Positions 61,649-64,000 of a stretch of DNA of 64,000 bases are shown one piece after another. A program made the translations under genes and the position numbers. The stretch is from Nitrosopumilaceae archaeon (lineage in GTDB: Archaea; Thermoproteota; Nitrososphaeria; Nitrososphaerales; Nitrosopumilaceae). Location: NCBI GenBank assembly GCA_965207375.1, contig OZ242274.1, positions 320,001 through 384,000 of the forward strand. Direction: 5' to 3'. The notes beneath the pieces are model-generated. The model saw nothing but the letters and a program-made list of their open reading frames with translations. It searched no databases and was not told where the DNA came from. Position 1 is the stretch's first letter. Every line of letters starts with the position of its first letter.

Positions 61649-62296
61649 ATGGGCAAAGCTATTGTCTTGGGAGGCTCTAGGGGGATTGGAAGAGAGATTG
61701 CAGTAGCTATCTCAAAATTAAATTACAATGTAATTGCTGCATCACATTCTGATATCGATACATCAAATATTGAAGATGTTGAAAAGTTTTGCAGGAATAA
61801 TCCCGATACCGATGTTTTAGTGTTAAACACAGGAGGCCCCCCGCCTAAGGAATTTGATGCAGTCAAAAGACAGGATTGGGAAAAATATCACAATCAGCTG
61901 TTTTTGGGATTTGTTACGATACTGCAAAACATCAGGATTAGTGATGATGGATGGATATTTTTGATTAGTTCAAGTGTAATCAAAGAGCCCGATTCAAGAT
62001 TGGTTCTTTCGTGTGCATATAGGGCGGCATTTGTACAGGTCTTTAAGATACTTGGTAAAGATTACGCTAAAAGAAACATCAGTTGCATAAATATCGCCCC
62101 CGGGCCTATCAACACAGATAGGACAAAGGAGCTAATCAAAAACATTAAAGAATACAAGCAGACGCTGCCAATGAAAAGACTAGGTGAACCAAAGGAGATA
62201 GGGGATTTTGTCAAGGCTATAATTCAAAACAACATCAAATATTTGTCAGGAGTCACGATAAATTTTGATGGTGCTAATTCCAGTTATGTATTTTAG
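61649..62296 (+). CDS. Short-chain dehydrogenase/reductase
   Basis: GGSRGIG, NTGGP, APGPINTDR, PMKRLGEP.E. Confidence 0.88.
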   Translation: MGKAIVLGGSRGIGREIAVAISKLNYNVIAASHSDIDTSNIEDVEKFCRNNPDTDVLVLNTGGPPPKEFDAVKRQDWEKYHNQLFLGFVTILQNIRISDDGWIFLISSSVIKEPDSRLVLSCAYRAAFVQVFKILGKDYAKRNISCINIAPGPINTDRTKELIKNIKEYKQTLPMKRLGEPKEIGDFVKAIIQNNIKYLSGVTINFDGANSSYVF

Positions 62297-62392
62297 AGAT
62301 TGTAAAGTTGCCAAAGGCCGGGTACAATCACGTGTAAATTCTTAGGTACAGTTGGTGTTAATCTGCACCCATTGAAAATCCTTTGACTGCAA

Positions 62393-62492
62393 CATCTAAG
62401 CGAAATGTTGCCCAAATCCTTACCCTGTCATTATTGTTCTCTTTGCATTTTGGGATAGATTTTGCCTATTTTGCACACATTTCGTTTAGCTG
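62393..62492 (+). mobile_element. 100-bp MITE, copy 3
   Basis: TIR CATCTAAGCGAAATGT / ACATTTCGTTTAGCTG (14/16). Confidence 0.8.
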
Positions 62493-62551
62493 ATATTTTA
62501 ACAAGACATTAATACATTATTAAGAAATAGTTTACAGAGGGTAAATCAATA

Positions 62552-62788
62552 TTGAAATCTGAGATAAAAATTCTTTGTAATAACCACGAAATCTGCCCAC
62601 AGGTAATGTTGATACTGGGAGATATGGGTTTCACAAACATAAAGGATGTACATGATTCATCTACTTCATTTGATATTTTAGCTAAACATAATTTTAAAGA
62701 TGAAAAAGAAGAAAAGGAGATGATCGAAAGGATCTTTCATGAATGTGAAGGAAAGATTCACCAAGTTACACTTGTTCGAAAAAATTAA
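62552..62788 (+). CDS. Small protein resembling a stand-alone Lrp/AsnC ligand-binding domain
   Basis: 78 aa, beta-alpha-beta-beta-alpha-beta-like pattern with FDILAK. Confidence 0.45.
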   Translation: MKSEIKILCNNHEICPQVMLILGDMGFTNIKDVHDSSTSFDILAKHNFKDEKEEKEMIERIFHECEGKIHQVTLVRKN

Positions 62789-63134
62789 ATCATTTTTCAA
62801 ACCCCCAAACACGCGAATTTCAATTATACTAAAGAACAGACGTCTGACTATTGAACAGTGTAAAGATATTCAAAAAATGCTGAAAATAGATGAAGATTTT
62901 ATTATGACAGATACTCAAACAGGATGGACATATTCAAGACATTCACGAAAGATATATGTTGGTGATCCAACAGAATTTAAGAAGAGACTAACAGAATGTG
63001 GTAAAAAATATCCTGACATTGCATTTTTTGCAGATTTTATTTCATTCAAAAATCAATTCTCAAAAATTATTACTAGTGTTCTTATAGCTGTAATTAGTAT
63101 AGTTATCAAATTAATTCTGGATATGTTCTGGTAG
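62739..63134 (+). CDS. Hypothetical protein with C-terminal TM helix
   Basis: 131-aa AT-rich ORF. Confidence 0.5.
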   Translation: MNVKERFTKLHLFEKIKSFFKPPNTRISIILKNRRLTIEQCKDIQKMLKIDEDFIMTDTQTGWTYSRHSRKIYVGDPTEFKKRLTECGKKYPDIAFFADFISFKNQFSKIITSVLIAVISIVIKLILDMFW

Positions 63135-63454
63135 ATAACAAATAGGTTGGATTATCTAAGATTTATCTCGAATAGATCTCATCAATTCCTGTGAGTTTTG
63201 CTCAAAATCCACATAATCATGTAACGGTCCATCAAGGGAGGCTGTATCAACATCATATACAACAACAAAAATGGATTCCAATTCTCTTCTACTAGAATCA
63301 TTGCGTTTGATTAGACGACATAGACTATACCACTTGACAATAAGGTTATTGAAAGTAATGTGAACGTCTTCACTAGGTTATGCTCAAAACTATGATGATT
63401 AATCAACATGTATGGATCCCCCGCCAACATCTTTAATGATTCTATCCGTAACTG

Positions 63455-63554
63455 CAACTAAGCGAAATGTTGCCCAAATCCTTACCCTGTCATTATTGTT
63501 CTCTTTGCATTTTGGGATAGATTTTGCCTATTTTGTACACATTTCGTTTAGCTG
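63455..63554 (+). mobile_element. 100-bp MITE, copy 4
   Basis: Nearly identical to copy 3 and in direct orientation. Confidence 0.8.
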
Positions 63555-63691
63555 TGCAACAAATCCTATACAGTGTACAGTTACATCAGGACATCTTTTG
63601 CTGTGTCATCTAGTTTTTGATATTTTCGTTTTTTTAGAGGCAATAGGGTTTTCTAGATGTCTTTTAAATATAGAATTATTTCTGGTATAGT

Positions 63692-64000
63692 ATGAATACG
63701 GACACGTCACTGCGCACCGTTAGATGGAGCAATAACAAAGTTGTCATGGTTGATCAAACAAAGCTTCCAAACGAGTTGGTATTTGTAGAATATGACAGTT
63801 ATCAACAGGTTGCAGATGCAATACGAACCCTAGTGGTTCGAGGTGCTCCGGCAATTGGAGTTTCTGGTGCCTTTGGCCTAGCATTGGCTGCCCTACAGAG
63901 TACTGCTACAAACAAAGATGAATTAATTTCGGATCTGCAAAAGGCAAAAAAAGTTCTTTATGAGACCCGACCTACTGCTGTAAACCTTGCTTGGGGCCTG
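63692..64000 (+). CDS. mtnA: Methylthioribose-1-phosphate isomerase (partial, runs off window)
   Basis: DQTKLP, AIRTLVVRGAPAIGV, TRPTAVNLAW. Confidence 0.9.
   Translation, partial: MNTDTSLRTVRWSNNKVVMVDQTKLPNELVFVEYDSYQQVADAIRTLVVRGAPAIGVSGAFGLALAALQSTATNKDELISDLQKAKKVLYETRPTAVNLAWGL

Noticed and set aside
62393-63554. 100-bp repeats as integron attC sites
   Set aside because: Ends lack the AAC/GTT cores, copies occur in both orientations and at core genes, and no IntI is present; MITE fits better

Overview
Chromosomal window from an ammonia-oxidising archaeon (Nitrosopumilaceae-like; inferred from gene content). Core genes include a Rieske/cytochrome b pair, heme-copper oxidase with cupredoxins, F420 enzymes, a complete urease locus with two DUR3 urea transporters, a Zn/Ni ABC system with a NikR-type regulator and four tRNAs. 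The middle (~23.4-37.9 kb) is a decaying accessory region. It holds relics of an integrated element (tyrosine integrase, iteron-like array, PolB N-terminus, ParM-like actin), an unusual serine-bodied tRNA with a UAU (Ile) anticodon, and an IS6-like pseudogene. It also holds an HNH nuclease gene hit by three IS elements. One of these is an intact IS110/IS1111 recombinase inserted inside the terminal repeat of an IS66; its 3' non-coding end folds like a bridge RNA and matches its own circle junction. A ~100-bp MITE occurs four times, and two copies appear to form a composite unit flanked by a 5-bp duplication. No CRISPR array was seen.
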